The translations under genes and the position numbers were made by a program. A stretch of 64,000 bases of DNA, taken from IMG/VR virus record IMGVR_UViG_3300048910_000141. One strand, given 5' to 3'. Position 1 is the first letter of the stretch. The number at the start of each line of letters is the position of its first letter. This stretch comes from a virus. Shown here piece by piece: positions 1 to 11,627 of this stretch. The notes beneath the pieces are model-generated. The model worked only from the letters and a program-made list of their open reading frames with translations, was not told the origin of the DNA and searched no databases.

Positions 1-92
1 TCTTGGTCAAGGACCTCGGCGCGTGGAGCCTCGTCGAATACGCCCCCGGCAAGCAAGGCTACGTCGCCGACCAGTATCTTCGGAAGGAATAA
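1..92 (+). CDS. C-terminal end of a gene cut by the window edge (possible endolysin cell-wall-binding tail)
   Basis: Frame open from edge to TAA 90-92 (...WSLVEYAPGKQGYVADQYLRKE); GYV..YL ending resembles SH3b domains; directly upstream of a spanin pair. Confidence 0.3.
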   Translation, partial: LVKDLGAWSLVEYAPGKQGYVADQYLRKE

Positions 93-94
93 TC

Positions 95-523
95 ATGGAA
101 CCCATCGAATGGGCACTCATCGGTAAAAAGATCGGTGGGTTCTTCAAGTCCAAGTGGCTGTACATCGCGTTGGCCGTCATCGCGGTAGGTGGGGGCACCT
201 ACTTGTACCTCCAGCATGACAAGAAGGAAGCGGTGACCACGGCCGTCAAAGCGGCCGACACCACCGCGACCATCAAGTCTCAGGCGGCCGACATCGTCGT
301 CACTACCCGAAACCAAGCCGTCGACCAGAAGATGGATCGACTCAAAGTCCAGACCGTGAAGGATTTCACCAATGCACGAGCAACTCTCCAAGCCGCGCCC
401 GCGTCGGATCGCGATGCTCAAGCCCCTCGTGTCATCATTGATACTATCAATGACCTTGACCGCCTGCGGGCTGGGCGCGACGACGCGGGTACAGTTTCTA
501 ACACCGAAGTTCCGGCCGGATGA
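95..523 (+). CDS. i-spanin (Rz-like)
   Basis: ATG 95 after GGAAGGA; N-terminal TM segment WLYIALAVIAVGGGTYLYL then charged helical periplasmic part; an out-of-frame lipoprotein gene starts inside it. Confidence 0.6.
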   Translation: MEPIEWALIGKKIGGFFKSKWLYIALAVIAVGGGTYLYLQHDKKEAVTTAVKAADTTATIKSQAADIVVTTRNQAVDQKMDRLKVQTVKDFTNARATLQAAPASDRDAQAPRVIIDTINDLDRLRAGRDDAGTVSNTEVPAG

Positions 524-743
524 ACTGGTCTGCATGGACGCGCCGCGCGGTCAGTTGCCGCCGACCGCGTCCAATGGGGATGTCTCCTCACGGATCATCG
601 GCAATGATGAAGCCGGCGAGGACTGCCGTCAGAAGCTCGCCCGCGTCCGGATGAAGACGGAAGTCTTCGACGATGTCGTTGCCCAACTCAACGCCGGAAA
701 AGACCCGTCCAAGCCGGCGAAGACCAAGAGGGACAAGAAGTGA
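414..743 (+). CDS. o-spanin (Rz1-like lipoprotein), overlapped architecture
   Basis: MLKPLVSSLILSMTLTAC with lipobox LTAC, Pro-rich mature region; starts within 95-523 in another frame. Confidence 0.6.
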   Translation: MLKPLVSSLILSMTLTACGLGATTRVQFLTPKFRPDELVCMDAPRGQLPPTASNGDVSSRIIGNDEAGEDCRQKLARVRMKTEVFDDVVAQLNAGKDPSKPAKTKRDKK

Positions 744-1648
744 ACGCTCCGATCGTAATCCCGTCTGCACCCAAGCCGATCGAGTTCGTCCCCCTGTCGC
801 CGTTGATCTCGGCCGTCGTTCTGGCGGACTCGATCACGGCCGAAGGCGTGCGGCTGACAACCCTCGAACTCGTCTATCCGCGCTTCATCCACTCGGAGTT
901 CATGACGCACCGGGTGTTCTCGAAGAACGCGGCATCGAGTCGCGCCATCCCGTGGAAGCGGATGAAGCAGATGCTCCGGGATAACCCGGCCGTGCCGGCG
1001 TCTTGGCGCATGAACGAAGGTGGCATGCAGGGCTTCACCGTCGCCAACGAAGCCGTCACTCAGCAGGCTGAGCAGATTTGGCTTGGGCTGATGGAGCAGG
1101 CGATTGATCACGCCGACAAGATGGACGCGCTGGGCATCCATAAGCAGACCGTCAATCGCATGGTCGAGCCGTGGGTCCATATGAAGACCGTCATGACTGG
1201 CGTCTACTTCGACAATTTCGAAGTCCTTCGCGATCACGAAATGGCCGATCCCACGATCGAGGCGCTGGCCAAGGCGATCAAGGCGGCCCGTGCCGCATCG
1301 ACGCCCAAGCAGCTTGCGGTAGGAGAGTGGCATCTGCCGTATATTTCCGATGATGATCTGGCGACGCTCGGGATCGAGAACGCCAAGCAGGTGTCGGCCG
1401 CTCGGTGCGCTCGCGTCAGCTACAACAACATGTCTGGTAAGGTCTCGACGCTGGATGAGGATCAGGCGCTGTTCAATCGCCTACTGGTCGATCAGCCGAT
1501 CCACGCGAGCCCAGCCGAGCATCAGGCGACGCCGGACTGGAAGGAAGCGGGCGACTACCAGAACCGCCATCGGTGGGGAAATCTCGCCGGCTGGCAGCAG
1601 CACCGCAAGTTCCTCAAGTTCGAGAACATGGACACTCCGATCATTTGA
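740..1648 (+). CDS. thyX: flavin-dependent thymidylate synthase ThyX
   Basis: ThyX signature-like THRVFSKNAASSR (RHRxxSxxxxSxR family), ARCARVSY; GTG start overlapping the o-spanin stop. Confidence 0.85.
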   Translation: MNAPIVIPSAPKPIEFVPLSPLISAVVLADSITAEGVRLTTLELVYPRFIHSEFMTHRVFSKNAASSRAIPWKRMKQMLRDNPAVPASWRMNEGGMQGFTVANEAVTQQAEQIWLGLMEQAIDHADKMDALGIHKQTVNRMVEPWVHMKTVMTGVYFDNFEVLRDHEMADPTIEALAKAIKAARAASTPKQLAVGEWHLPYISDDDLATLGIENAKQVSAARCARVSYNNMSGKVSTLDEDQALFNRLLVDQPIHASPAEHQATPDWKEAGDYQNRHRWGNLAGWQQHRKFLKFENMDTPII

Positions 1649-1666
1649 TCGGTGGTGTTAGGCTAA

Positions 1667-3876
<2,210 letters not shown>

Positions 3877-3877
<1 letters not shown>

Positions 3878-4074
3878 TGCTCGATTTCATCATCAACATC
3901 GGCTGGGCGCTTGGCGCGATAGTCGCAATCATCGCCGTATTGGTAGCCGCCTTCTGGCTCTGGGATCAGGGCATCGTGAAGGTCATCCTGTTCTTCGCTG
4001 CCTGCCTTGCAGCCGTTGGCCTCGTTCTCTGGGAAATCGCCATGTTCGGCGGTTGGGTGAGGGGTCTTTTCTGA
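3877..4074 (+). CDS. small membrane protein (2 TM)
   Basis: ATGA overlap with ligA stop; hydrophobic ALGAIVAIIAVLVAAFWLW / VILFFAACLAAVGLVLW. Confidence 0.6.
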
Positions 4075-4205
4075 TGTGCCCCAACCATGGAATCCTCAAC
4101 GTGGATACCGGACTCTGCAACCAGACGCTCGCGTTCATGGCCGCGATCGTGACGACGATTGTCGTTTGCACGATCATCTACCTCCTCCCCGAGGAGCGCT
4201 TCTGA
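4074..4205 (+). CDS. small membrane protein (43 aa, below ORF-track cutoff)
   Basis: ATG 4074 overlaps previous TGA; MCPNHGILNVDTGLCNQTLAFMAAIVTTIVVCTIIYLLPEERF; stop overlaps next ATG. Confidence 0.4.
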   Translation: MCPNHGILNVDTGLCNQTLAFMAAIVTTIVVCTIIYLLPEERF

Positions 4206-4399
4206 TGTACCGCGTCCACATCATGGCACGCTGGCCGCAGGTGTTCGACACTCTGGCCGGCGCCATCGGCTACATCCGCAACACTGCCGGTCTGTGGTAC
4301 GCGCTTGAAGAGAAGAACGCGGACGGACCGTGGCGTTGGCTCGTGGGCGCGTGGGAATCGCGCGACCGAGGCCAAGACGGTGTCGAGGACCGTTCCTGA
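4205..4399 (+). CDS. hypothetical protein
   Basis: MYRVHIMARWPQVF...; ATGA coupling on both sides. Confidence 0.55.
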   Translation: MYRVHIMARWPQVFDTLAGAIGYIRNTAGLWYALEEKNADGPWRWLVGAWESRDRGQDGVEDRS

Positions 4400-4578
4400 T
4401 GGCACGTCTGCAAGGCCGCGCCCGCGTTGATCAACTCCGCGCCGAGGGAAAAGGTACGTGGGAGATCAGCCGCACCCTGAAACGAGAGAAGCTGGAGGAT
4501 GCGATCCTCGACATCCGCGACATCGCCGACGTGAAGAGCGTCCTCGAACAAATGCTCAAAGAGATGGTGATCCACTGA
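4399..4578 (+). CDS. hypothetical small protein (possible HTH)
   Basis: MARLQGRARVDQLRAEGKGTWEISRTLK...; coupled start/stop overlaps. Confidence 0.5.
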   Translation: MARLQGRARVDQLRAEGKGTWEISRTLKREKLEDAILDIRDIADVKSVLEQMLKEMVIH

Positions 4579-5000
4579 TGACCGACGAACAGCACATGGC
4601 CGGTGCGGCGACACTGCTGGAGGTTGCAGGTACGCTGTACCGGGCCGCCAACGTCGCCGACCAGCTTGTGATCCTCCACCCGGACATCCCGTCGATCGCG
4701 CATTACGCCGCGCTTCGCCGCAAGCAGGCGGATGCCCATCTCGCCGCCGCCGAGGCGCTGGAGGACATGCCGCCGGCCGATGTCTTCTATCTGGAGGACG
4801 GCAAGCTCGGGTCGCAATACTCGATCCCGATGATTCTGACCTGCCCGTCCTGCGGCGAGCGTCACATCGACGAGGCGGCGTTCGAGAAGGTCGCCCATCA
4901 CACCCACGCATGTCAGGGCTGCGGCATGGTCTGGCGGCCGGCGAAGGTCAACACCCACGGCGTCCGGTTCCTGCCGGGCTACACGAACGAGACGAACTGA
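4578..5000 (+). CDS. hypothetical zinc-ribbon protein
   Basis: CPSCGERH...HACQGCGMVW four-Cys motif; ATGA coupling. Confidence 0.6.
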   Translation: MTDEQHMAGAATLLEVAGTLYRAANVADQLVILHPDIPSIAHYAALRRKQADAHLAAAEALEDMPPADVFYLEDGKLGSQYSIPMILTCPSCGERHIDEAAFEKVAHHTHACQGCGMVWRPAKVNTHGVRFLPGYTNETN

Positions 5001-5377
5001 TGCAGATCGAGATCATCAAGGTCCCCAAACAGAAGTCGTGGGGCATCTCTCCAAACCGCGACAAGTACGGTCACATCCATACCGGCTACGTTGGCTACAT
5101 GTCGACCTGTGCGGAGGAAGTGGGAACCAACGCGATCATCACGGGAGACTTCCACATCGACGGGATGTCGCGCGGTCGATCGGCAGCTAACTTCAACGGC
5201 CACTTTCGGGGCCACGAGGAGGCGGGGTACCAGCTTGGTATGTCGGGAACCGTTGATCTTCTTCTGTTGCTACAGGCGGATGATCACTTCCACATCGTCG
5301 ACGGTTACATCCGGGGAACATGGACGTTCGCCAAGCAGGGCGAGTCGATCTTCCTCAAGCCGCATGTTGGCGCGTGA
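5000..5377 (+). CDS. hypothetical protein
   Basis: MQIEIIKVPKQK...; coupled to neighbours. Confidence 0.6.
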   Translation: MQIEIIKVPKQKSWGISPNRDKYGHIHTGYVGYMSTCAEEVGTNAIITGDFHIDGMSRGRSAANFNGHFRGHEEAGYQLGMSGTVDLLLLLQADDHFHIVDGYIRGTWTFAKQGESIFLKPHVGA

Positions 5378-5775
5378 TGGGTGACCTTCCTGACGACTTC
5401 TGCCGCGACTGCGGCGTCCACCATCCGGAACTCGAAGACTGCGACGCATATGCGCTGATGCCGGTCGATCCGAGGTGGAAGCCGAAACCCAAGCCGGCGC
5501 CGCCGGTGGCAGCGTTGGTGGAACCATGGGCTGGCGAGCGCGGTGGACCGATCCCTCGCGGATACGCCGTCGTGAAGAAGCGCCGGACGGATGGTATGGT
5601 CATGATGATCTTCGGCTTCTTCCGGGATCGCGACGCAGCCTACGCCTACTGCGCCAACGCTAACGAGTGGTACGGCGAGGGACATCCGCTGACACCGCTG
5701 GAGGTTATTGGCGACATCCTGATCGAGCCGCGTCTGTTTCCCGTCGAGTCGCTTCGTCGCGCCTCGCGGCGTTAG
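5377..5775 (+). CDS. hypothetical protein
   Basis: MGDLPDDFCRDCGVHH...; coupled to upstream gene. Confidence 0.6.
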   Translation: MGDLPDDFCRDCGVHHPELEDCDAYALMPVDPRWKPKPKPAPPVAALVEPWAGERGGPIPRGYAVVKKRRTDGMVMMIFGFFRDRDAAYAYCANANEWYGEGHPLTPLEVIGDILIEPRLFPVESLRRASRR

Positions 5776-5799
5776 TCTAAATCAACACGAGTACGATAA

Positions 5800-6324
5800 G
5801 TGTCACTCATCATCCCCAAGTTCTGCGAAAATTGCGGCAAGCAATATATCCTGACGCAGATCGCCGATCCTTACCGCGAGGAGGACGGCTCCCACGAGTG
5901 CCGCTTCTGTGGTCACAAGCGGTGGGACAACCCACTGCCGGTCGTGGTCTGTGTCCAGTCGGTCGCCCACTGGTCCGGAGGGCTTGCCATCGCCCGCCGC
6001 GCGATCGAGCCCCGGATCGGAACGTGGAACCTGATCGGCGGCCACATCAGCAACGGCGAGACGGCCGAGGAAGCAGCTATCCGAGAGTGGCGCGAGGAGA
6101 CCAGCATCGAACCCGGCCGCGTCACCGGGCTCAGCAGCAGCTACGCCAACGGCAAGGGCCACATACTAATCGCCGTCCATTTCACACCGATCCCTTACGA
6201 TCGCTGGCAGGAAGCGCGGCTGTGTAAGGAGAACGACGCCTTCTCCCTGTGGTTCGGGGCGCCCTGCGATCCCGTCCTCGGATTTCCCATCCATCAAGAA
6301 ATAGCCAAGCGCTGGAAGGCTTGA
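5800..6324 (+). CDS. Nudix hydrolase with N-terminal zinc ribbon (NudC-like layout)
   Basis: Nudix box GGHISNGETAEEAAIREWREETSI; CENCG...CRFCGH. Confidence 0.8.
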   Translation: MSLIIPKFCENCGKQYILTQIADPYREEDGSHECRFCGHKRWDNPLPVVVCVQSVAHWSGGLAIARRAIEPRIGTWNLIGGHISNGETAEEAAIREWREETSIEPGRVTGLSSSYANGKGHILIAVHFTPIPYDRWQEARLCKENDAFSLWFGAPCDPVLGFPIHQEIAKRWKA

Positions 6325-6326
6325 AC

Positions 6327-6698
6327 ATGTACAATGTCATCGGCGGCGTCTGGACCGACACCACCTTCACCGAGATCGTCCCCGGCACCGAGGAAGAGTA
6401 CGGCCCATTCGAGAGCTACGACGAGGCCGTCAAGGTCTGGCGCGGCCGTATGGGCTGGATGGTCGATACCTGTGAACATCGGCTGTTCATTGTCCAGATC
6501 GGCATCGATTTCGCAGATGCCGAGCGCATACTCGCCCGCACAGGCGTATTTGACGAACAACCAAATTTCGGCACGCGGACGCCTGAGCCGTCCCTGCGAA
6601 CGCTGGTCTATGCCTACTACAGCACCTATTTCCGGGCGGACGACAGCGAACGACTGACGGACGAATATTTCGCCGCTCTGACCCCGCTGCTCGCATGA
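6327..6698 (+). CDS. DUF4170-like protein
   Basis: MYNVIGGVW...GPFESYDEAVKVWRGRMGWMVDTCEHRLFIV matches the remembered DUF4170 pattern (GG..F..Y.eA...W...D...hR.FIV). Confidence 0.5.
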   Translation: MYNVIGGVWTDTTFTEIVPGTEEEYGPFESYDEAVKVWRGRMGWMVDTCEHRLFIVQIGIDFADAERILARTGVFDEQPNFGTRTPEPSLRTLVYAYYSTYFRADDSERLTDEYFAALTPLLA

Positions 6699-6889
6699 CC
6701 TACGACCCTGATCCCAACGTCATGCGGATGATGACTTCCGAAGAAATGGCCGTTGTCGAGGCAGGCGCGCGCGCCGGCCGAGCTGGTGAGCCGATCGAGG
6801 CCAATCCGCACCCTGAGAAGAGTGACCCATGGTTCTCGTGGCGCTCGGGATGGCGTCGGCCGTCCATGTACATCGGAGACGAAGCATGA
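6695..6889 (+). CDS. Rmf/CrpP-like small protein
   Basis: EAGARAGRAGEPIEANPH...DPWFSWRSGWRR resembles the G..AG..G....P....W..GW core of the Rmf/CrpP fold. Confidence 0.4.
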   Translation: MTYDPDPNVMRMMTSEEMAVVEAGARAGRAGEPIEANPHPEKSDPWFSWRSGWRRPSMYIGDEA

Positions 6890-7338
6890 GTCGCTACGTC
6901 ACCAAGAAACACGGGCTGGTTATTGGCTCGGACAACATCTTCTTCGTGGTCGACCGCAATCACCCCGAGGGCGTCGAAGAGTTTCGCGACGGCTACAACT
7001 CGATCGTGGCCTTCTACGGCTATAGATTCGAGCGTAGTAGCACGGCGAACTGCTGGCTCCTGACCCCGGCACAACAACTGTGCTGGAGCAAGCAATCACG
7101 GCCGGAGGTACAAACTTTCGGAAGCAAGCCGTGGACCATCGACAAGCAGTTCTGGACTTTGCGTTCGTCGATCGAGCGATGGCTTAACGAACACATCGGC
7201 GCGCGCTACGACCGATGGGACACCTATACCGAGTGCGAAAACTCCAACAGGACGCTGTTCTTCAAGCGCCGCAAGGACGCGCTCGCGTTCTGCGCCATGA
7301 TCGATAGCCTGCTCGCCGGCATCAAGTTCAGCGTCTGA
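6886..7338 (+). CDS. hypothetical protein
   Basis: MSRYVTKKHGLVIGS...; 4-nt overlap with upstream stop. Confidence 0.6.
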   Translation: MSRYVTKKHGLVIGSDNIFFVVDRNHPEGVEEFRDGYNSIVAFYGYRFERSSTANCWLLTPAQQLCWSKQSRPEVQTFGSKPWTIDKQFWTLRSSIERWLNEHIGARYDRWDTYTECENSNRTLFFKRRKDALAFCAMIDSLLAGIKFSV

Positions 7339-7715
7339 TGGTTCGCCACGGCGTCGCCCCGTTCCTTGAGTGCAGCACTGCCGGCGATCGTCGGTTCAGT
7401 GCTTATTGCGCCCGGATCAAGGCGCGCGGAGGCGCGTCGATCGAGGAATTGTATCAGGCCGCCAAGGTCTTCCGGAACGGAGACACCGGTCTCTCGATCG
7501 AAGAGGCGAGGGGCTTTCGACCGGTCAACTTGAAGGAGTGCCGCGAACTCTACGCGACCCTTTGGGACGAATATATCTCTGAGAACCTCCCCCTCATCCC
7601 CGTCTTGTTGGCCCAGAGCGGCTTGCAGGATCGCTTCGGCCGCAAGGGCGGGCAATGCCAAGCCACGGAGCTTTGGCGCATCCGCGCGGCGCATCTACCC
7701 AAGGACGCCTCATGA
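7338..7715 (+). CDS. hypothetical protein
   Basis: MVRHGVAPFLECSTAGDRRFSAY...; coupled. Confidence 0.6.
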   Translation: MVRHGVAPFLECSTAGDRRFSAYCARIKARGGASIEELYQAAKVFRNGDTGLSIEEARGFRPVNLKECRELYATLWDEYISENLPLIPVLLAQSGLQDRFGRKGGQCQATELWRIRAAHLPKDAS

Positions 7716-8350
7716 CTCTCTATGGTAAGCTCCCCGACGATCTCGGAGAGATCGACATCTCGCCGACCGAGATGTGCTTCTGGATGTATACCCCGATCTC
7801 ATTGCCGGGGCAGGCGCGCTACGTTCTGCCCGATAATCTCAAGCAGTTCGCGCCGATCGTCTCCCACGCCAAGTGGGCTAGGGTGGGTCAGTTCGAGGAC
7901 GCCTACGTCTACCTGACCGCCAAGACCTTGTGGGTCGAGGGCTCGTATATCGGTAATCGGCCGGGCTGGCACTCGGATGGCTTCGGTACCGACGACATCA
8001 ATTATATCTGGTGCGACCGCGCCCCGACCGAGTTCGTCAAGACCGAGACGCCACTGTCTGACGATTGTGATCTCTCGATGCGGCAGATGGCTGCGATCGG
8101 CAAGGCCCATGAGATCGCGGGCCGCATCTTCACCTATCCGGACAAGCACCTGCTCCGGCTCGACCAGCGCGTTATCCATCGTTCTCCGGCCGCGTTCCCA
8201 GCAGGGATGAGAACCTTCGTGAAGGTGTCCTTGTCGGCCGATCGCTACGACCTGATTGGCAACTCGCGGAACCACTCACTGCCGGGTAGCGACTGGCCGC
8301 TCGTGCCGCGCCGGCTGGAACGCAACCACCCGCAGTCGAGGCTCGCATGA
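7712..8350 (+). CDS. hypothetical protein, possible Fe(II)/2OG-type oxygenase
   Basis: GWHSDG (HxD), later VIHRS (H) and RTFVKVS (R) in the order of the facial triad plus Arg; weak. Confidence 0.35.
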   Translation: MTLYGKLPDDLGEIDISPTEMCFWMYTPISLPGQARYVLPDNLKQFAPIVSHAKWARVGQFEDAYVYLTAKTLWVEGSYIGNRPGWHSDGFGTDDINYIWCDRAPTEFVKTETPLSDDCDLSMRQMAAIGKAHEIAGRIFTYPDKHLLRLDQRVIHRSPAAFPAGMRTFVKVSLSADRYDLIGNSRNHSLPGSDWPLVPRRLERNHPQSRLA

Positions 8351-8529
8351 ACAAGGATCGTCTCAAGGTTTCGCTCAAGCTCGCACGCAAGATTGCGAAG
8401 GAAGACCCAGCGACCGAGCCCGTCCGCGATCTAGATGGGCGCACCAAGTGGGTACCCGCCGTCGTGGTGCCACTCGACACGCTAAACCGCCTGATCAAGG
8501 CTGCCGCCAAGGAACTGTCACGCTCATGA
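8347..8529 (+). CDS. hypothetical protein
   Basis: ORF track, coupled overlaps. Confidence 0.5.
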   Translation: MNKDRLKVSLKLARKIAKEDPATEPVRDLDGRTKWVPAVVVPLDTLNRLIKAAAKELSRS

Positions 8530-9044
8530 CACCCGAACTCACCGAACTCCTCAAGCAGGCTAAGGCGCACGTGGATGCCATGACGCCGGAAGAGCGCGAC
8601 GAGATGTTCATCCAGCAGCGACTTAGCTGGATGCGATCGGCACGACAGTATGTCGAAGGTGATCGTGAGACGGTTGTCGTCGTGGTACCGGCCGAAACCG
8701 CGCCGCTCTACGCGCACGGTCGTCCTAACTACGACCAGATCGCCGCTGTAGCGGGCGTGGACCGCGATACGGCCAAGAAGGTCACACTGGCCGCTGCGTA
8801 CGCCGGATCGCCTCCTGCGGCTCCGGAGCCCGATTATAAGGCGATCCTGATCGGCCTGTGTGCCCACCTCTATCTATGCGAGGGTAGGGGCGATGTTGGA
8901 GAGGACGTTTCGCGGGCGCTAAAGCTCGCAGGGATCACGCCGCCGGATCACATCGACAACGACAGTGATCTATCTGATTGGCTCGCGATCGAGCATGACG
9001 CGGAAAGCATCTGGGTGCTGAAAGCGCCCGGCGAAGTACGGTGA
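8526..9044 (+). CDS. hypothetical protein
   Basis: MTPELTELLKQAKAHVDAMTPEERDEMF...; ATGA coupling. Confidence 0.6.
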   Translation: MTPELTELLKQAKAHVDAMTPEERDEMFIQQRLSWMRSARQYVEGDRETVVVVVPAETAPLYAHGRPNYDQIAAVAGVDRDTAKKVTLAAAYAGSPPAAPEPDYKAILIGLCAHLYLCEGRGDVGEDVSRALKLAGITPPDHIDNDSDLSDWLAIEHDAESIWVLKAPGEVR

Positions 9045-9268
9045 CCACGTCGTCGCTCCCTGATCCTCAGTCGAATTATGCCTATTCAGGCGTTGAGGAG
9101 GATTGGGATGACGACGAACTTAGAAGGTCATCGGCTCAGTGGCTTTTTGACGAAGCACTGCTACCGGCGACAATCTTGTTCGCGACTTCATTACTGCTGT
9201 TCGGAACGATCTCGGCGATCTGGGCTATGTTAAGGTTGACAGCCTCGATAGTCGCTTTGATCAAGTGA
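9041..9268 (+). CDS. small membrane protein
   Basis: C-terminal TM LLPATILFATSLLLFGTISAIWAML; last gene of the plus block. Confidence 0.55.
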   Translation: MTTSSLPDPQSNYAYSGVEEDWDDDELRRSSAQWLFDEALLPATILFATSLLLFGTISAIWAMLRLTASIVALIK

Positions 9269-9279
9269 CAGCATTACAC

Positions 9280-9303
9280 AGCCCCGCGAGAAATCGTGGG
9301 GCT
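9280..9303. terminator. hairpin between convergent genes
   Basis: AGCCCCGCGA-GAAA-TCGTGGGGCT. Confidence 0.45.
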
Positions 9304-9328
9304 TCGTGATATACACACTGGGGAGGAA

Positions 9329-10063
9329 TTATTCGCCCGAGCGCATCTCGTCGCTGCGCCGGATTGTCGACACGACCCCGCCGAGAAAGTGGAGATCGCT
9401 GACCTTAGCCGTGAGCGCGCGACCATTCGGGTCCGAGAAGGAGATGGTCTTACCGCGTGGAGCCGCACCATAGTGTGGATTGACGCGGATCAATTCCATG
9501 CCGGCTTGCGTCTTGATGACATAGAGGCCGCCCTTGTCGGTGGGTGTCGTGATCGAGGTGTCCGAGATGAGCAGGTCGCCGGCTTCGATGCCGAAGGCCT
9601 TAGCTGCGTGAGGCATGACGTAGGCGACGATATTGTCGCGCGAGATGCCTAGTTCGGTCACCCGTTCCTTGGAATAGGCCATAGTGGACGACACATATTG
9701 TCCGTCCTTGCCAAAGCTGATCTCAGGGAAAGAAATCATTTCCACGTCCTTGAGAGCGGAAATACCCTCCACGACATGCTCGCCGAACGCGATGTAGCTC
9801 GGGCTTACGCCCAACTGCTTCGCGATAAGTTCGACGACATCAAGGGGAGGCATGATATTGTTTGCCTCATACTGGACGATCGTCGCGCGCGATTTGGAAG
9901 ACCCATCGCGGTTCTTGACGCGTTCGGCAAGGTCCTTCTGGGTCATTTCCTTTCGCATCCGCGCCCATGCGATACGACCGCCAAGGGTGGACGTGTCGAC
10001 GTGGTCGGCTGCCCCCTTGATGTCTACGCGGCGAGGCGGAGCGGTTTCTGTCGCTGCCTGCAC
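9329..10063 (-). CDS. CI/LexA-like repressor (XRE HTH + S24-like C-terminal domain)
   Basis: HTH MTQKDLAERV...SRATIVQYEANNIMPPLDVVELIAKQLGVSPSYI; C-terminal EAGDLLISD...GLYVIKT...LIRV; GTG start after GAAAGGAGG. Confidence 0.75.
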   Translation of the reverse strand: MQAATETAPPRRVDIKGAADHVDTSTLGGRIAWARMRKEMTQKDLAERVKNRDGSSKSRATIVQYEANNIMPPLDVVELIAKQLGVSPSYIAFGEHVVEGISALKDVEMISFPEISFGKDGQYVSSTMAYSKERVTELGISRDNIVAYVMPHAAKAFGIEAGDLLISDTSITTPTDKGGLYVIKTQAGMELIRVNPHYGAAPRGKTISFSDPNGRALTAKVSDLHFLGGVVSTIRRSDEMRSGE

Positions 10064-10149
10064 TGTTGCCTCCTTTCTGGTTTACCATTTCGGAAAACGA
10101 ATCACTGATTCGCGAGTTGCGGTCTGGTCTAAAGCGAAATGAGTGTCAA

Positions 10150-10188
10150 CTAAAAATAACGGCCGGCCCGCCTGATGGCGAGCCGGCC
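10150..10188 (-). terminator. rho-independent terminator of the nrd/glutaredoxin operon
   Basis: GGCCGGCTCGCC-ATCA-GGCGGGCCGGCC followed by GTTATTTTT on the minus strand. Confidence 0.6.
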
Positions 10189-10305
10189 TCAACATTTGTC
10201 CTCCGTTAGGGTAGCTTAACTACCCTATATGCGATCCGAGGCAACCATAGAAAAAGGCCGCTCAAACAATCTAGTGACCGATGTCAAGAGGGTGACCAAT
10301 GTGGA

Positions 10306-10578
10306 TCAATCAATAGAATCGATAACAGACCAATCCGTCGAAACATCATCCCACCCGCCCAATCGCCGACCGGAAGGGGCAGCCAAACTGAACACTTCCT
10401 CGGTCGCGAAGAGTTGGGGCACAGAGTTAACCCCTTCGCCCACGATGGCGTAGAACGCCTTGCGATCGACATCGTCAGATGCGTCGACCTCGGTGAAGGT
10501 AGCGCCTCGCTTGCGGAGTTCCAGCTTGAGGAGCGAGCAGAAGGGACAACCTGCCTTGGAAACGAGATAGAGAGCCAT
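10306..10578 (-). CDS. glutaredoxin / NrdH-like redoxin
   Basis: CPFC active site at the N-terminus; immediately downstream of nrdB. Confidence 0.8.
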   Translation of the reverse strand: MALYLVSKAGCPFCSLLKLELRKRGATFTEVDASDDVDRKAFYAIVGEGVNSVPQLFATEEVFSLAAPSGRRLGGWDDVSTDWSVIDSID

Positions 10579-11627
10579 TAGAGAACGGCTCCCTCTTTCG
10601 CGCCAGCGGCGGAATTACGCAACAGCAGTTTGATGCGATCGACGAACCCGAACGGGTTTCTATCCCAACCCGTGACACCGCCCTTCGAGTATTCGGTCGA
10701 GCGACCCTCGAAGAAGTTGGTGTGGGTATGGGCCGTCGTCATCTCGTCGATCCACTCCAGCGGGTTGTCCTTCTGCCGGTAGATCGGCTTGAGGCCCAAC
10801 TGGATCATGCGGCGATCGGCGATGTAGCGGATGTAGGTCTTGACCTCTTCCTTGGTGATGCCGGCGATCGTTCCCATGGCAAACATGAGGTCGATGAACT
10901 TGTCCTCCAGCTTCACCATCGTTTTCGCGATGTCGCGGATGGCGTCCTTGAGGTCGTCGTCCCAGAGGTCAGGGTTTTCGCGGATCAATGCGTGGAACAG
11001 CTTGATCATCATCTCGACGTGGTGCGACTCATCGCGCAGCGACCACTCGACGATCGTTGACATACCCTTCATCAGCCCACGGCGCTTGAACGACAGCAGG
11101 ACCGCGAAGGAGGAGAACAACTGCATTCCTTCGCCGAACGCCGAGAAGACGGCGACGTTGAGCGCGAGCTTGGCCTTTTTCGACCACTTGGTGCCGTCGC
11201 TCTTCAAACCACGATCGGCGAACATGTAGGCGTGCTTGGCCTGCATCTCCTCGAACTCGGCAAAGGCGGCGTAGTCGCTCTCCGGCATACCGACCGTGTC
11301 GATAAGCTGGGAATAGGCGTCGATGTGGTTGGCCTCGGCCGTCGAGAACGACGACAGCATCATCCGAATCTCGGTCGGCTTGAACGCCGGCATGTACTCG
11401 TCGATATAGCCGTTGTTGATGTCCTCATCGCCCTTGGTGAAGAAGCGGAAAAGCTGCGTGAGCAGGTTGCGCTCCGCATCGCTCAGCTTCTCCCACCAGT
11501 CGTGCACGTCCTCTTGGAGCGGAACTTCCTCGGGCAGCCAGTGGAGTTGCTGCATCTTTTTGTAGGCATCGTAGGCCCACGGATATTCGAAGGGCTTGTA
11601 CGCTTTCGACGGCTTGAGAAGGGGCAT
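10578..11627 (-). CDS. nrdB: ribonucleotide reductase small (beta) subunit
   Basis: Ferritin-like di-iron motifs (EANHIDAY, GEGMQLFSSF, DESHHVEM); ATG 11627 gives MPLLKPSKAYKPFEYPW. Confidence 0.9.
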   Translation of the reverse strand: MPLLKPSKAYKPFEYPWAYDAYKKMQQLHWLPEEVPLQEDVHDWWEKLSDAERNLLTQLFRFFTKGDEDINNGYIDEYMPAFKPTEIRMMLSSFSTAEANHIDAYSQLIDTVGMPESDYAAFAEFEEMQAKHAYMFADRGLKSDGTKWSKKAKLALNVAVFSAFGEGMQLFSSFAVLLSFKRRGLMKGMSTIVEWSLRDESHHVEMMIKLFHALIRENPDLWDDDLKDAIRDIAKTMVKLEDKFIDLMFAMGTIAGITKEEVKTYIRYIADRRMIQLGLKPIYRQKDNPLEWIDEMTTAHTHTNFFEGRSTEYSKGGVTGWDRNPFGFVDRIKLLLRNSAAGAKEGAVL

